This document shows positions 36,701 to 45,539 of a stretch of 64,000 nt of DNA, in pieces. Numbering within the stretch: the first letter of the stretch is position 1; each line of letters starts with the position of its first letter. The DNA is taken from IMG/VR virus record IMGVR_UViG_3300037704_000085, positions 26,834 through 90,833 of that record. One strand, written 5' to 3'. Position numbers and translations under genes: made by a program. The DNA comes from a virus. The notes under the pieces were generated by a model, which was given only the letters and a program-made list of their open reading frames with translations, did no database searches and had not been told where the DNA came from.

Positions 36701-37697
36701 ATACTTCCTTGAGGGTAATCGAAGCTTCACCATTCTGATTGACTCCAAGCCGGGTTTCCAGAAGCAATTCGATTCCGGGCTCGCTGACGCCGTGGCTGAA
36801 GCCAAGACCGGAGACGACCTGACCTTGTGGGCCGATGGCTTTGTGCGCGCCGCGTTCGACTTTGTGGCCTTTGACGAAGTGATGACGCCGCTTTCGCTGA
36901 TGGGTGTCGGCCTGAAGGCACGATTGGGTCGCGCTGTCGAGACCCTGAAGGCTGGCGGCAAGCCGGTGATTTGGCTCGATGAAGTGTTGGCTACAGGCGC
37001 GGCGTTTTACGTGGCCGATTTGGTTGGCCGGGCGCTGGCAGAGCGGGCTGGCGATTTTGTCAAGGACGGCACGGTAGTTGATCGCGGAACGATCCGGGAG
37101 GCGGCGCTGGCGGAAATCACCGCAGAGCCGTTTGACGGGTTCGCCGGGGCCTTCGTGGTGCCTGCCAGCGTGCGCGACGTGGCGCTGAGCAACTACTACG
37201 GGCCGAAGCCGGATGGCGCGATCCTGCTGGCGCGGGCCGAGGCGGCAATCACCGCGTTGTGGAATCGACACATCACGACCGTTTGCATTCCGGTCGAAAA
37301 CGCCGCTCGCGCTATCAATGTCGCCAAGCATTCCTCCGGCTACGGCATGGACTACGAAGCCCTGCTGCAAGCGATCTACGACAAGGCCAAGCTCGACGGG
37401 TTTGCCGGCGGCAAGATTTCCACCGAAACGATCACCGGGGCCGCGCGCAGCGGATCGAAGGGCGCTTACGCCTTCCGCGCCGGGCACAGCCTTGCGGTCG
37501 AAACGAAATACAAGTCGGCCGCATCGGAGAAGGTGCAGACCATCAAAACGCGCTTCTGGGCCAAGGAAGAAGCGGTTTGGCTGTTCGCGCTGAAGCCCGG
37601 CGAAAAGGATAGCAAAGGCGGCGAGATTGCCAGCGTGATCGACCTTTGCCGGGCCTTCGGAATCGACCCCGGAGAGTTCAAAAATTCCGAGGATTGA
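30738..37697 (+). CDS. darB: DarB-like antirestriction protein: adenine methyltransferase plus SNF2 helicase
   Basis: EYYTP, VLDPCAGSG and VTNVPF (MTase); DDVGLGKS, VIDEAH, LSATPITNS and QRNGRGVRQGN (SF2 helicase). Confidence 0.9.
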   Translation: MFRSFLDDATSKLSKLSLSSLLAQKIVPLMGEKKKESPNRMTVLSLTRSMVDILSQLGAMTAKAVEVVAGAAKFFPQEQRRTKGARQKDNDAALALMAKLRSEGREATDQERAVLARFSGYGGGLVDPEGKEGSPYEYYTPTPVAAGTWELLKGLGFAGGKVLDPCAGSGVFAATRPDNAVIDQVELSSLSGGVNALVNAGPGVTTKISPFEAVAATLPDESYDAVVTNVPFGDAGLREHAHKDDKLQSASLEAYFILRTMDKLKPGGLAAFITPPRIVSGTDAAMEDLRFKVSLRAEFLGAYRLPNKVFQDASDADTIVDIIAFRKHSRGAKQKIDELAAENIDVLRDKAVLWPEFLEGKYFRGEGLKFQLGEFKAKDPAKLRDVDRVISDEKDTAAIAKMIRKFPGSRIDWAGLDAEETAPILYQDGDVLYQDGQTLEYRAGKWLVREQDASSVNLAETGNQLTTALNAVNAGISFADAESWLRSMNVRAMGGDVPEWARKSIYAVAKQAVGERESWWQAVTAALAAKAVLEENFGAEPFHYNMAYPVLSARLLAVSHYGNRTIQAPDDIKGALKLLRVIVPRKGAFYARWLGNVKADVDMGDLTPEKAYEKIKYQSGDDFGYVPLDRLKTSQGEAFDPLNDDDWCLNPDGQSVMRAGDYYQGNYADFLKHSDEELKAAADPVIAAKILRQRQVAGERVAMPAIEKMTFTLNSPYLSQSQKLDFLRENVDPRFSLVPEMTTEGVEAINGKKEPVPTGRMLIDFPKISSAKETRRDQALRRFAVSYLKNGTITTGSKNDVVLANAEAESALIQEMREIVQSSNAKFNIWAKTNPDAFDSLKARLHDPANLFFPQVDDDSDLEIEGIGERKPHGYQNVSIRRYSRHFSGILGDDVGLGKSLQALLAVLHVQNIGAKRKTIFVVPNSVLSNWKRESAMAYASTDDCLYVGLTFDKAGKPIVDNKQRDRDIHAILENRHRKIFMTLEAFTSIPMREPTLEAYKSHIASTDPSFFEASEKKADEIRAAKKQQALMDTGKKSAALPYFEDMGVDSLVIDEAHMAKNSRLLSDFKSAKYLASSVASDRGLDMQIKCWFVRSHSANKDGVLALSATPITNSPLEIYSMLTLAVGEQELNRRLGIMGGDDFMNAFTDVQEQEEPDLIGRPRAGRVFLGLQNVTMLRTALQQIAIIRDKNDVGMAISVPEEDGVSTKVELDAESKRKLAYYKSIYEAARLMQKDEALPEQEQAVEAYCAQSGESVDLVAHPFNLINKMAKLIMDQELDKDGSFYQFSAAQGDAAKVAVGQFNNKNFKEKRDRPGLLTDPKNVSMKVRKDDNDNEKAEYTILVKAWIDGNQIVIDTDDHNTQSKFLEIADKAGLDLDVKISPKLAAMLENVKKELANPKAGRGTDAQGNPLPRLAKQIIFCDMLGMHNKIKLALKRVGIKPSQVAIVNAQAISDPADMQDVQDGFNAEHEENRYRVIIANKKAEVGINLQVGTQAIHHLSIGWTPDSLQQRNGRGVRQGNYLQRVTVYHYDANGSFDEYKRMLVGKKDDWIGKVIGKHGDVENIQIGGELSEKEMHDLIMSSGDAGAMEKAREQIERRERERMRDAARGNQVQILRIIEGQNNWLKNHADATAYRNAKIFEYLDLTWQAEELAAKIGRSTSERVIATLKKQKADVDARAATLGGLLEGSSFVPAGQYDYQGNGHAKVDTPISGKGYKLQEYGRDKGQPQFRGKLNPDSALGQRYAAERAGKGKALQQARDDYKGQAARQGAYSDSTLKAFETGEGKIIGGVLLMQGMVGIHKGEYWIAETPSKLVLPIDGRSMPSGAAVSGFEFVGPADADEDWLPVATNLARVDEQTIAQNKADGFEIGDKRLYSTCSPEIAALVKLVPTGKLAYPNNLYLKAPLFRFPINPEQATTPLLKAIVAQQAEAIEWKHETDQWERKTSRVRALNIHKVEPEGVRYDGRSAALITFAIANGLKVGYDDFEYFLEGNRSFTILIDSKPGFQKQFDSGLADAVAEAKTGDDLTLWADGFVRAAFDFVAFDEVMTPLSLMGVGLKARLGRAVETLKAGGKPVIWLDEVLATGAAFYVADLVGRALAERAGDFVKDGTVVDRGTIREAALAEITAEPFDGFAGAFVVPASVRDVALSNYYGPKPDGAILLARAEAAITALWNRHITTVCIPVENAARAINVAKHSSGYGMDYEALLQAIYDKAKLDGFAGGKISTETITGAARSGSKGAYAFRAGHSLAVETKYKSAASEKVQTIKTRFWAKEEAVWLFALKPGEKDSKGGEIASVIDLCRAFGIDPGEFKNSED

Positions 37698-37701
37698 GTT
37701 T

Positions 37702-37743
37702 CGGAAAAAAGCGGAAAAGCGGGGCATTCCACCCGCCTACTAT
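37702..37743 (+). promoter_or_regulatory. putative late promoter for the capsid/tail operon
   Basis: CGGAAAA at 37702, TACTAT at 37738. Confidence 0.75.
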
Positions 37744-37808
37744 ATGTTCGTCTGTACGGCCCCCGTAGGCCATGACGATTGTTTGTTTATCAACTGAGGG
37801 AAAAAGAT

Positions 37809-39455
37809 ATGTCGCGTGCCATTTACACCAACAGCGGGGCCGAAGAAACCGAACAGTTTTTCGACTCGCTTTTCAGTGAAGTCAAGGGCGAGAGCAAAGA
37901 GTCTGCCGTTCTCGATTCCGCAACCAGCAAGCAGGTCTCCAAGACCAAGATTCAGGCCGGCGCGGACATGCCAGCTTCGGTCCAAAAGGTGCTTGGCGAA
38001 CTCGATGACGACAACAAGTCGCGCGTTCTCGATGCCGTGACCTACGGCATGCACATCTACCAACGCGAACACGGCTTCCTGCCGACCGCCGACGTTCTCG
38101 ACGCCGCCTTGGCGCAGGGCTACGCCGCCGCGCTCGACCCGAAAAAGCTGTTCGACTCAGTGGGTTCGACCGGCCATCATGACGTGATTTCGGCCCAGCC
38201 GAACCGCGTTGTCGTGGCAATCACTTCGGCCATCGCCGAAGCCTTCCCGGCCGCCACCTACCTGCCCGCCGACATCAACAGCAACGAATCGCGCCTCGCC
38301 ATCGTTTCGCATCTGGCCGGCTCGACTTTCGGCGCTTACACGCAAAACGACCTGCTCGACGGCATTAATTGCGGCTCGCCGTACATCGGCTCCGAGCGTG
38401 TGTTGCAACTGACCGCCGACGCCGAGCGCGACGCCTACACCGGCCAGTTCATGACCACCGTTGGCGGCGCGACTCCCGTCGAACTGCTGCGCGGCCGGAC
38501 CATCATCTTCGTGAATGGCTTCCCGTGCGCTTTCGAAAGCCAGAACGCGGCTTCGTCGGTCGCCAACGTGCCGGTTGCCGGTTCGATTGCCATCGCTGGC
38601 ACCGAATACACCGTGACTGGCACCGTGACCCCGGCTACTGGTGCGGTTGCACTCGCCATCGCCCCGGCCTTCCCGGTGGGCACCGAAGTTCATGCCGAAG
38701 GCTACATCGACTACGAAAAGCAGCCGCAGCTTTCGCCGGAACTGGTGACTCAGGTGACGACCTACCAACTGTTCGCCTCGCCGTGGCGCGCTCGCGTTCG
38801 CCAGACCATCGATTCGAAGACCCAATACAACAACGAATTGGGCCTCGACCTCGCATCGGAATCGCTGATCGCCGTGCGTAACCAGTTCAGCATGGAACGT
38901 CATTACAACGTGCTGAACAAGGCATTGCGCATCGCCAAGGGCAACGTCCAGACCTACGACTTTGACAAGGCCACCCAGATCGCGGAGAAGACCCGCGCTG
39001 AAATCTGGCAGGACTTCCAAGCGACGCTGGGCATTGTCGATCAGCAGATGGCTGAAGACACGATGGATCACGGCATCACCCACATGTACGTGACCAAGAA
39101 CGTCGCCGCGCAGTTCCTGTCGCTGCCCTCGACGCTGTTCGTGCCGTCCGGCCTGCAAGCGCGCCCCGGAATCTTCCGTCTGGGCACCTTCCTTGGCCGC
39201 TACGAGGTGTACTACACCCCGAAGGTGCTGACCGAGACCGCCACCACGTCGCAAATCCTCTGCATCGGCCGTTCGGCGCAAGTCGCACGCTGCCCGTTCG
39301 TGCTGGGCGATGCCGTGCCGCCGACCTACCTGCCGCTCGCTTTCGGCGACGACATGAAGTACGGCAACGCGTTCTACGCCCGCAACTTCACGGCGGTCAA
39401 TCCGCACCAGCCGTCCAGCAAGGGTGCCGCGTTGATCAGCGTCATCAATATGTAA
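37809..39455 (+). CDS. major capsid protein (P1 gp23-like)
   Basis: GAGGG SD, strong codon bias, about 550 aa with inserted domain, LGTFLGRYEVYYTP. Confidence 0.8.
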   Translation: MSRAIYTNSGAEETEQFFDSLFSEVKGESKESAVLDSATSKQVSKTKIQAGADMPASVQKVLGELDDDNKSRVLDAVTYGMHIYQREHGFLPTADVLDAALAQGYAAALDPKKLFDSVGSTGHHDVISAQPNRVVVAITSAIAEAFPAATYLPADINSNESRLAIVSHLAGSTFGAYTQNDLLDGINCGSPYIGSERVLQLTADAERDAYTGQFMTTVGGATPVELLRGRTIIFVNGFPCAFESQNAASSVANVPVAGSIAIAGTEYTVTGTVTPATGAVALAIAPAFPVGTEVHAEGYIDYEKQPQLSPELVTQVTTYQLFASPWRARVRQTIDSKTQYNNELGLDLASESLIAVRNQFSMERHYNVLNKALRIAKGNVQTYDFDKATQIAEKTRAEIWQDFQATLGIVDQQMAEDTMDHGITHMYVTKNVAAQFLSLPSTLFVPSGLQARPGIFRLGTFLGRYEVYYTPKVLTETATTSQILCIGRSAQVARCPFVLGDAVPPTYLPLAFGDDMKYGNAFYARNFTAVNPHQPSSKGAALISVINM

Positions 39456-39466
39456 GGAGCCGATGA

Positions 39467-39874
39467 ATGGCACGCCAAGGCAAAAAAGTAGCAAGCCTTG
39501 GCGCTCCTTCCGCCAACGAGGGGAGCGCCAAGGCTGCGGCCAACAGCGCTCCCGTCGTCGTTGTGGAGAGCGCCAATTCGCCGCCCGTGATCGAGGACAA
39601 GATTGCGCCTGTGGCCGAAATTCAGGCCGTGGTCGAAATCGCCGCGACTGCGCCGACCTATCCCTGCGAGCGTGTGGTGAAAAACAACACGCCCTCCGAC
39701 CTGATGCTGCCGTCTGTCGGCGTGCTGGTTCGGGCGTACTGCGAGAGCCCTGTGGTCTTCCTCAGCAAAGAGCAGATGAAGCGCTTTGAGAACGACGCGC
39801 GCCAACTGTGCGAGTTGAACGGCTGGCAAGACGGCATCGTAATTGAACCCAGCGACGAAGCCGTCGCCAAGTAA
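39467..39874 (+). CDS. hypothetical head-associated protein
   Basis: AAGGAG SD; lies between capsid and sheath. Confidence 0.65.
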   Translation: MARQGKKVASLGAPSANEGSAKAAANSAPVVVVESANSPPVIEDKIAPVAEIQAVVEIAATAPTYPCERVVKNNTPSDLMLPSVGVLVRAYCESPVVFLSKEQMKRFENDARQLCELNGWQDGIVIEPSDEAVAK

Positions 39875-39884
39875 GGAGCATTGA

Positions 39885-41492
39885 ATGGTTCCCTTTACCC
39901 GCCAGTTGGGGCCGCGCAGCGGCATCCAGCTTAACCCGCTACTCGACAATAGCGAACGTGCTGTCTCCGGCAATGCCGATCAGACGTTCGCGGTCGTCGG
40001 GCGGTTTGAGCGCGGGCGCATTGACAAGGCGTTCCGCGTCAATCGCTCCAATCTGCAACGCCTGTTGGGCACCCCGAGTTCGCTGCAAGTCTCGGCGCTC
40101 AATGAAGCGTTTGTCCACATCTACGACACCCTGCAAAACGGCGGCTACGAGGCGGTGGTTTATCGCCTGAACGTCGCGGGCGCGACAAATAATTTTCTGG
40201 TCGTCAGCGACGCGCTGCTGCTGGCCGACGCACTCAAGGCCGAAGCGGTTCCGACCGCCGGCTACGCCTTCACGCTGAAGCATCTGGAATGTTTCAACGA
40301 CGGCATCGTGTTGGAAGTCAATGCGGACAAGACGTTCGACGTGGACGGGATCACCCCGATTGCGTCGAAGATGGTCAACGTCCGCCTGCGCGACTCTGGC
40401 AGCAACGAGATTCTGTACGAATTCTCCGGCTCGCTTGATCCGACCGCGAAAGACGACTTCGGCCAGTCGATCTACCTGACCGACGTGGTTGCGATGCTGA
40501 CCGACAATCTGGAATGCGTGGTCGCGGCCAGTGCGGACATTGCCACCACGGCGATTTTCTACGGCCTGAACGGCGATGGCACGAAGAAGTGGGCAACGGC
40601 TTCGCTGGCCTACTTCACCGAAGGCGGCACCGCCTACGAATTGACCGATTACGACCGCGCCTGCGCCGCCCTGAAGTACGGCGACCACAGTTTCGGCTAC
40701 ATGATCGGCGGCGGTACGCGCGCTGTCCCGCTGCTATCGAAGATGATCCTGCTGGGCAAGGACATCAACAAGCAATTCGCGTGGGACGTGCCGGGCGAAT
40801 ACACCGTCGAGCAGGCTATTGCGTTCGTTGAGCAGTTGAGCGTCGACACGCATTATTCGCAAGCGTATTGGGCTCCGCTGAAGTCTGATGATCCGGTCAA
40901 CGGCGGCAAGGCGTATCTCGGCACGTCCTGCATCAACATCGGCAAGCGTTGCCTGCGCAACGCCAGCACCGACTCCAACGGCATTCCGCCGATGAATTGG
41001 GTCGTCGCCGGCAAGGAATTCCCGCTGGAACGCACGGGCATCATTCAGGTGCTGACTCCGACCGAGCAGGAATTGGACGATCTGGCCCGTGCCAAGATCA
41101 ACCCGGTGCTGTTCCAGCGTTACGCCGATGGCGGCAAGTATGTTTTTGTCGACTCCCTGACCGGGGCCAAGACCGAAGCCGACCGCAAGCTGATCGCTGT
41201 CGCCGACATGAGTAGCCGCACCGACGATCTGGTCACGCAGTTCGCGCAAGGCGTGATGCAAAAACCCATGAAGGCGGCAATCAAGATGACGACCGACTTC
41301 ATGCAAAAGCACTTCGAAGCCTTGGAGACGGCCGAGTGGATCAAGCCGTCGAAAGACCTCGACGGCGCGGCGTTTGCCTTCACGGTTGCGCCGAACGGCC
41401 AGCGCCCGTCCGACCGTCTCGACGTGTCGTACTGGCTGAAATACGACGGCACGGTGCGCGCGATCTACGTTCAACAGACCATTTCTCGATAA
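39885..41492 (+). CDS. contractile tail sheath protein
   Basis: VVGRFERG at N-terminus, ELDDLARAKINPV, C-terminal sheath-like domain. Confidence 0.8.
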   Translation: MVPFTRQLGPRSGIQLNPLLDNSERAVSGNADQTFAVVGRFERGRIDKAFRVNRSNLQRLLGTPSSLQVSALNEAFVHIYDTLQNGGYEAVVYRLNVAGATNNFLVVSDALLLADALKAEAVPTAGYAFTLKHLECFNDGIVLEVNADKTFDVDGITPIASKMVNVRLRDSGSNEILYEFSGSLDPTAKDDFGQSIYLTDVVAMLTDNLECVVAASADIATTAIFYGLNGDGTKKWATASLAYFTEGGTAYELTDYDRACAALKYGDHSFGYMIGGGTRAVPLLSKMILLGKDINKQFAWDVPGEYTVEQAIAFVEQLSVDTHYSQAYWAPLKSDDPVNGGKAYLGTSCINIGKRCLRNASTDSNGIPPMNWVVAGKEFPLERTGIIQVLTPTEQELDDLARAKINPVLFQRYADGGKYVFVDSLTGAKTEADRKLIAVADMSSRTDDLVTQFAQGVMQKPMKAAIKMTTDFMQKHFEALETAEWIKPSKDLDGAAFAFTVAPNGQRPSDRLDVSYWLKYDGTVRAIYVQQTISR

Positions 41493-41506
41493 GAAGGGGA
41501 ACATAA

Positions 41507-42271
41507 ATGTCCAATATGAGCGGCCACCCGGCCGGCGGTTACCTGATCCAGATGGTCCGCGACCAGAAGGAGCAGGACAAGAAGGCAGCAACCAAAAAGG
41601 CGGACGCCGCGCTCGACGCCGCCAACCCGGCGCTGGCCGTGGCGGTGTTCGACGCGGCCGAGCAGTACGCCGCGTCCGACATTGCGCTGAAGGCCGGCGC
41701 AGCGCTACACCAGTGGGCCGAAACGTCGGCTGACGACCTCGATGAAGGCGAGACCATGGCGACCCGCCTGTCGTCGCTCTTCGTCGGCATTGTCGATGCT
41801 GACCTTGACGGCGAAGTCGGCGAAGACGAAGCGGATGCCCTCGAAGTCGTGCTGGAATCGGCGTGGGACTACCTCGCCGGCAAAGGCGTCGGCGAGGACG
41901 ATATCAGCGCGGTCCTGAACGATTGGGACGACGCTGCCGCCGCCCGCGTGCAAGAACTGCTGGCTTCCTCGTTGCCCGATGGTGAAGACGCCGCCGCCGA
42001 CGATCTGGACAGCTTCGCTTTCAAGGCTGGCGACGGCTCCGACGAATCGGCCATGGACAGCCTGCAAACCATGGACGCGGTCTACAAGATGAAGGTCGCG
42101 ATCCGGGGCGGCAAAAAGGTCCGGATCAAAAAGCGCATCGCCGGCCACGTTCGCCTGTCGGCCAAGCAAAAGCTCGCCGTCCGCAAGATGCTGCGCAAGA
42201 CGCATTCGGCCGGCGCGCAGATGAAGCGTATGAAGTCGATGCGGGTTCGTCGCCGCATGATGGGCAGCTAA
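41507..42271 (+). CDS. prohead core-like protein (acidic body, basic tail)
   Basis: D/E-rich N-terminal part; K/R-rich C-terminus reminiscent of T4 gp68-type core proteins. Confidence 0.55.
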   Translation: MSNMSGHPAGGYLIQMVRDQKEQDKKAATKKADAALDAANPALAVAVFDAAEQYAASDIALKAGAALHQWAETSADDLDEGETMATRLSSLFVGIVDADLDGEVGEDEADALEVVLESAWDYLAGKGVGEDDISAVLNDWDDAAAARVQELLASSLPDGEDAAADDLDSFAFKAGDGSDESAMDSLQTMDAVYKMKVAIRGGKKVRIKKRIAGHVRLSAKQKLAVRKMLRKTHSAGAQMKRMKSMRVRRRMMGS

Positions 42272-42274
42272 GTC

Positions 42275-43093
42275 GTGGCAGTTCGCGCCAGCGCGGATGC
42301 CATCAAAAACGGGATACCGCTTCAGTGGAGCGGTATTTCGCGGCACCTGATCGCATCGCTTTTCGCGGTCGAGCAGGATGATGGCACCGGCTACCAAGAA
42401 CTGGTGGCCGAGGGGCGAATCGACGCCCCCGCGACTGACATGAACTTTGACGCGACGATGAACTGGCAAAGCCCGTTCGAAAACTCCGGGCCAGAAAGCA
42501 AGGCCCCGGCGTTGATGGCGATGGTGCAGTCCGGGCAGTTGGGCGTGGTGATGCAGGCGCTTCAGGGGCTCGCCCCAGAGGCGCTGAAAGGGACGGCGAT
42601 AGGCGATTCGGTTTCAGGCGCGACCGACTCTCTGATCAAGAAAGCGCAGGAATTGCGCGGCCGGACCGGCATTACCAAGCTGAACTCCCGGCAGATTTTT
42701 TCCGGCATGCCGCCGATCAAGATCGCGATGACGTTGCATTTCCGCGCGATCAAAGACCCGCTGAATGAGGTTGAGGCCCCCTACCGTCGTCTGGTTTCGT
42801 GGGCCTTGCCGCAGGAAGTGGCGAGCGATTCGGTGGTGATTGCAGCCGCCAAAGCCGCGAAGGAAGGCGGCAGCTTTTTGAAGGCGCTTTTTCCTTCAAA
42901 ATCCCCCCTGATGGTTGGGCTCGAATACGCCGCCAAGCGTTACTTGCCGATGGTCATCGAACACGTTTCAAACCCGATGGACGGGCCAAAAGACGAACAC
43001 GGGAACAACCTTTACCTCGCGGTACAGGTGCAACTCTCGACGCTCACGGCCCTTGACCGGGCGGATTTCAAGCAGATTTATAGGAGGAATTAA
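42275..43093 (+). CDS. baseplate / tail tube initiator-like protein
   Basis: NWQSPFE, QIFSGMPP, PMVIEHVS; tail module position. Confidence 0.5.
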   Translation: MAVRASADAIKNGIPLQWSGISRHLIASLFAVEQDDGTGYQELVAEGRIDAPATDMNFDATMNWQSPFENSGPESKAPALMAMVQSGQLGVVMQALQGLAPEALKGTAIGDSVSGATDSLIKKAQELRGRTGITKLNSRQIFSGMPPIKIAMTLHFRAIKDPLNEVEAPYRRLVSWALPQEVASDSVVIAAAKAAKEGGSFLKALFPSKSPLMVGLEYAAKRYLPMVIEHVSNPMDGPKDEHGNNLYLAVQVQLSTLTALDRADFKQIYRRN

Positions 43094-43096
43094 GAA

Positions 43097-43570
43097 ATGA
43101 CCGTTTCGACTGGTAGCCAACTCAAGGCGCTATTCAACGCAAATCAGGCGATGGGCGAGAAGGCCGTCAGTTCCGACGCCTATTTCGAAATTCAGGGGCA
43201 CGAAGGTATCGGCCTGCTGATCAAGCAATTCCCGTGGCCGGTGCTGACTTCCGGCGGCGAGATTGAATCGTCCGGTCCGATGGGTTCCGTGATCTGGCAA
43301 CAGCAGCAACTGAAGACCGCGCAGCAGGGTCAGGTGGGCTTCGTGGAAACCCAGAAAGGCCATATCGCCGAGTTCTTGGAGCGGATTGTTGCCGGTGGCG
43401 GTTACTTCGAAGCGACCGTCTACGAAGGCACGCCGGACAACTTTGCGCGCAAGGCCCCGATCCACAAGTGCTTTTTGCAGTTGGACAACCCGGACCGCGA
43501 TTGGGAAAACCGCGCGCAGTTGGTGTTGATCACGGGTACGTTATTTTTCCACTATTTTGGTGAGAAGTAA
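43097..43570 (+). CDS. tail tube protein
   Basis: 157 aa, strong AGGAGG SD, tube-like beta pattern. Confidence 0.6.
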   Translation: MTVSTGSQLKALFNANQAMGEKAVSSDAYFEIQGHEGIGLLIKQFPWPVLTSGGEIESSGPMGSVIWQQQQLKTAQQGQVGFVETQKGHIAEFLERIVAGGGYFEATVYEGTPDNFARKAPIHKCFLQLDNPDRDWENRAQLVLITGTLFFHYFGEK

Positions 43571-43575
43571 GCCGC

Positions 43576-43974
43576 ATGACGCTGGCTGAAATCGTTGCCG
43601 ATTACGTCGCTCGCCTTCCGGCGGGCGTCGTTTTGTCGCAAGAGGATGTCGAGCGGCTCTTGCTGAAGGCGGTCCGCTTCTATGCCGGCTTCGCGGTGAT
43701 CAAGAGCGTGCCGCCGGCCGATGGCGAGTACAGTTCGGCGATTCCGGCGGGGTTCAATAACTCCGGAGTCGACTTGACGCCGGGCGAATACGCGGTAATT
43801 TCGCCGCTGTGGCTGCTGTACGTCGAATACGAAAACGCGACCAACCTCGAAGCGTCGCGCGGGATGGGGGTCGATGTTTATGGCCGGTCCTCGTCCGAAG
43901 TCGCCAATGATATTGCCCAGACGGAATTGGACATGCCGCACCGCGTCTTTATCGAGTTGCCGGAAACCATCTGA
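43576..43974 (+). CDS. head-tail adaptor-like protein
   Basis: helical, tail module position. Confidence 0.45.
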   Translation: MTLAEIVADYVARLPAGVVLSQEDVERLLLKAVRFYAGFAVIKSVPPADGEYSSAIPAGFNNSGVDLTPGEYAVISPLWLLYVEYENATNLEASRGMGVDVYGRSSSEVANDIAQTELDMPHRVFIELPETI

Positions 43975-44756
43975 TGGCGCTTTTTGACGACGCGGCAGCA
44001 GTAGCGGCCAAGCGCGCCGGCAGCAACCGGCTGGCCGACATCGCGTCCGGTGCGCTGCGCAAATACGCGCCGATGGTGCCACAGTCGCCGACCGAAGCGC
44101 TCTCGATGCTGAAGAGCATCGCGGCGCGGCGGGTCAGTGCGATCCTTGGCCCGCTGTCGGGGCTCCTGTCCGACCTTGAAAACGGCGTGCCGCGCCAGCG
44201 CAAAACGCCGTTGACGGGTGGGGTCAGCCTCGTTAATGCCAAAGAGATTTTCGACAAGTTCTCGGCGATTGAACTCGCGCGCAAGAACCTGTTTATCGTC
44301 GCGGTCTCGCCACTGAGCGGCATGGTGCCGTTCGGTTCCGACAACTACATCAACCTGCTGGCAACCGAAGTTGGCTATGCGCCGACGACGATTCAGGGCG
44401 ATGCGGTCAATATCGGCAGCGCGGTCTTCGACGCATTGAAGGCCACCGAGCGGGTGGAGGTTCGGCTGACGACCTACGACGATGCCATGGGCAGCATCAA
44501 GCGATTTTTCGAGACCATGGCCGGTAAGGTCGCGCACGAAGATGGCACGTTCGGCTTGCCGATTGACTACCTGTGCAAGATCGACATCGTGCATGGCGTG
44601 GTCAGCGAAGACTCGACCAACTTTCAAATTTCCAAGCGCGACCGCTACATCTGCCGGCCGGGCCAGATCGAATACAGCCTGTCCCGGCGCGAAGAGGGGT
44701 TTCAGGAATTGCAGATGACCTTCACGCAATGGGATACTTTTTCGAAGATCGTCTAA
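43974..44756 (+). CDS. tail tube-like baseplate protein
   Basis: DGTFGLPIDY and ELQMTFTQWD tube-fold-like pattern. Confidence 0.5.
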   Translation: MALFDDAAAVAAKRAGSNRLADIASGALRKYAPMVPQSPTEALSMLKSIAARRVSAILGPLSGLLSDLENGVPRQRKTPLTGGVSLVNAKEIFDKFSAIELARKNLFIVAVSPLSGMVPFGSDNYINLLATEVGYAPTTIQGDAVNIGSAVFDALKATERVEVRLTTYDDAMGSIKRFFETMAGKVAHEDGTFGLPIDYLCKIDIVHGVVSEDSTNFQISKRDRYICRPGQIEYSLSRREEGFQELQMTFTQWDTFSKIV

Positions 44757-45539
44757 ATGCTCGCTATCACGCCACTGCGCACGCGTCGCCTATCGGTTCA
44801 GCTTCAGGAACTTTCGATAGGCGACATTATTTTTCTTTGCGAACTCCGGCCCGACATGTACGAAGCGGGCACCACGGCGCTGCTACAGCGCGTCGTTGGC
44901 GACGATCCGAAGCCCCGGCCCGGCCAAGTGACCGATCCGCGCCTATGGACCGTGCAGGAACGCGCGCTGGCCGTCGCGCACTACATCGCGCATACGCAGG
45001 AAAGCGACCCGGATTTTCCGGTGGGAGAGGGCCGCTATTCCGACTATCTGGTCGAAGGCGTCGATTTTGCGCCGGACCGGATCGAGTTGGGCGAAGTCGG
45101 CGGCGACGAGTGGAGCATGGTTCCGCTGCTTGGGGTGCATGCCGACACGATTGAGCGGCTGGTGTTGGACGGACGGTTGAAGCAGGCGCGGCATGGCTGG
45201 TGGTTGGGCGCGATGGCGGCGCAACTGGTCCGCAAGGGCGAGAGCCTGCCGGATGCCGCGACGATCAGCGAGGCCGAGCTTGAGGAAATTATTGCCGGCC
45301 GGGCGGAAGTCTTTCGCGCTTTTCCTGAGTCCGACTTCATGCGCCTGCTGATGCTGTTTATCGACGGCAACGAGCGCCTGACCCATATTTTCCGACTCGC
45401 CTTCACCGACGACGGTGTCGCGTTCGCCCCGGTCAAAGCAAAGGAGGCCGGATTGCCCCCGGCCCGATTTCCATTTGATTCCGCCATTTCCGACGCAGCG
45501 AAAGCAGTATTTGGAAAGCCTGAACGAGCAAACGGCTGA
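44757..45539 (+). CDS. putative tail assembly chaperone / morphogenetic protein
   Basis: WTVQER motif; position; overlapped by a second open frame at its 3-prime end. Confidence 0.5.
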   Translation: MLAITPLRTRRLSVQLQELSIGDIIFLCELRPDMYEAGTTALLQRVVGDDPKPRPGQVTDPRLWTVQERALAVAHYIAHTQESDPDFPVGEGRYSDYLVEGVDFAPDRIELGEVGGDEWSMVPLLGVHADTIERLVLDGRLKQARHGWWLGAMAAQLVRKGESLPDAATISEAELEEIIAGRAEVFRAFPESDFMRLLMLFIDGNERLTHIFRLAFTDDGVAFAPVKAKEAGLPPARFPFDSAISDAAKAVFGKPERANG

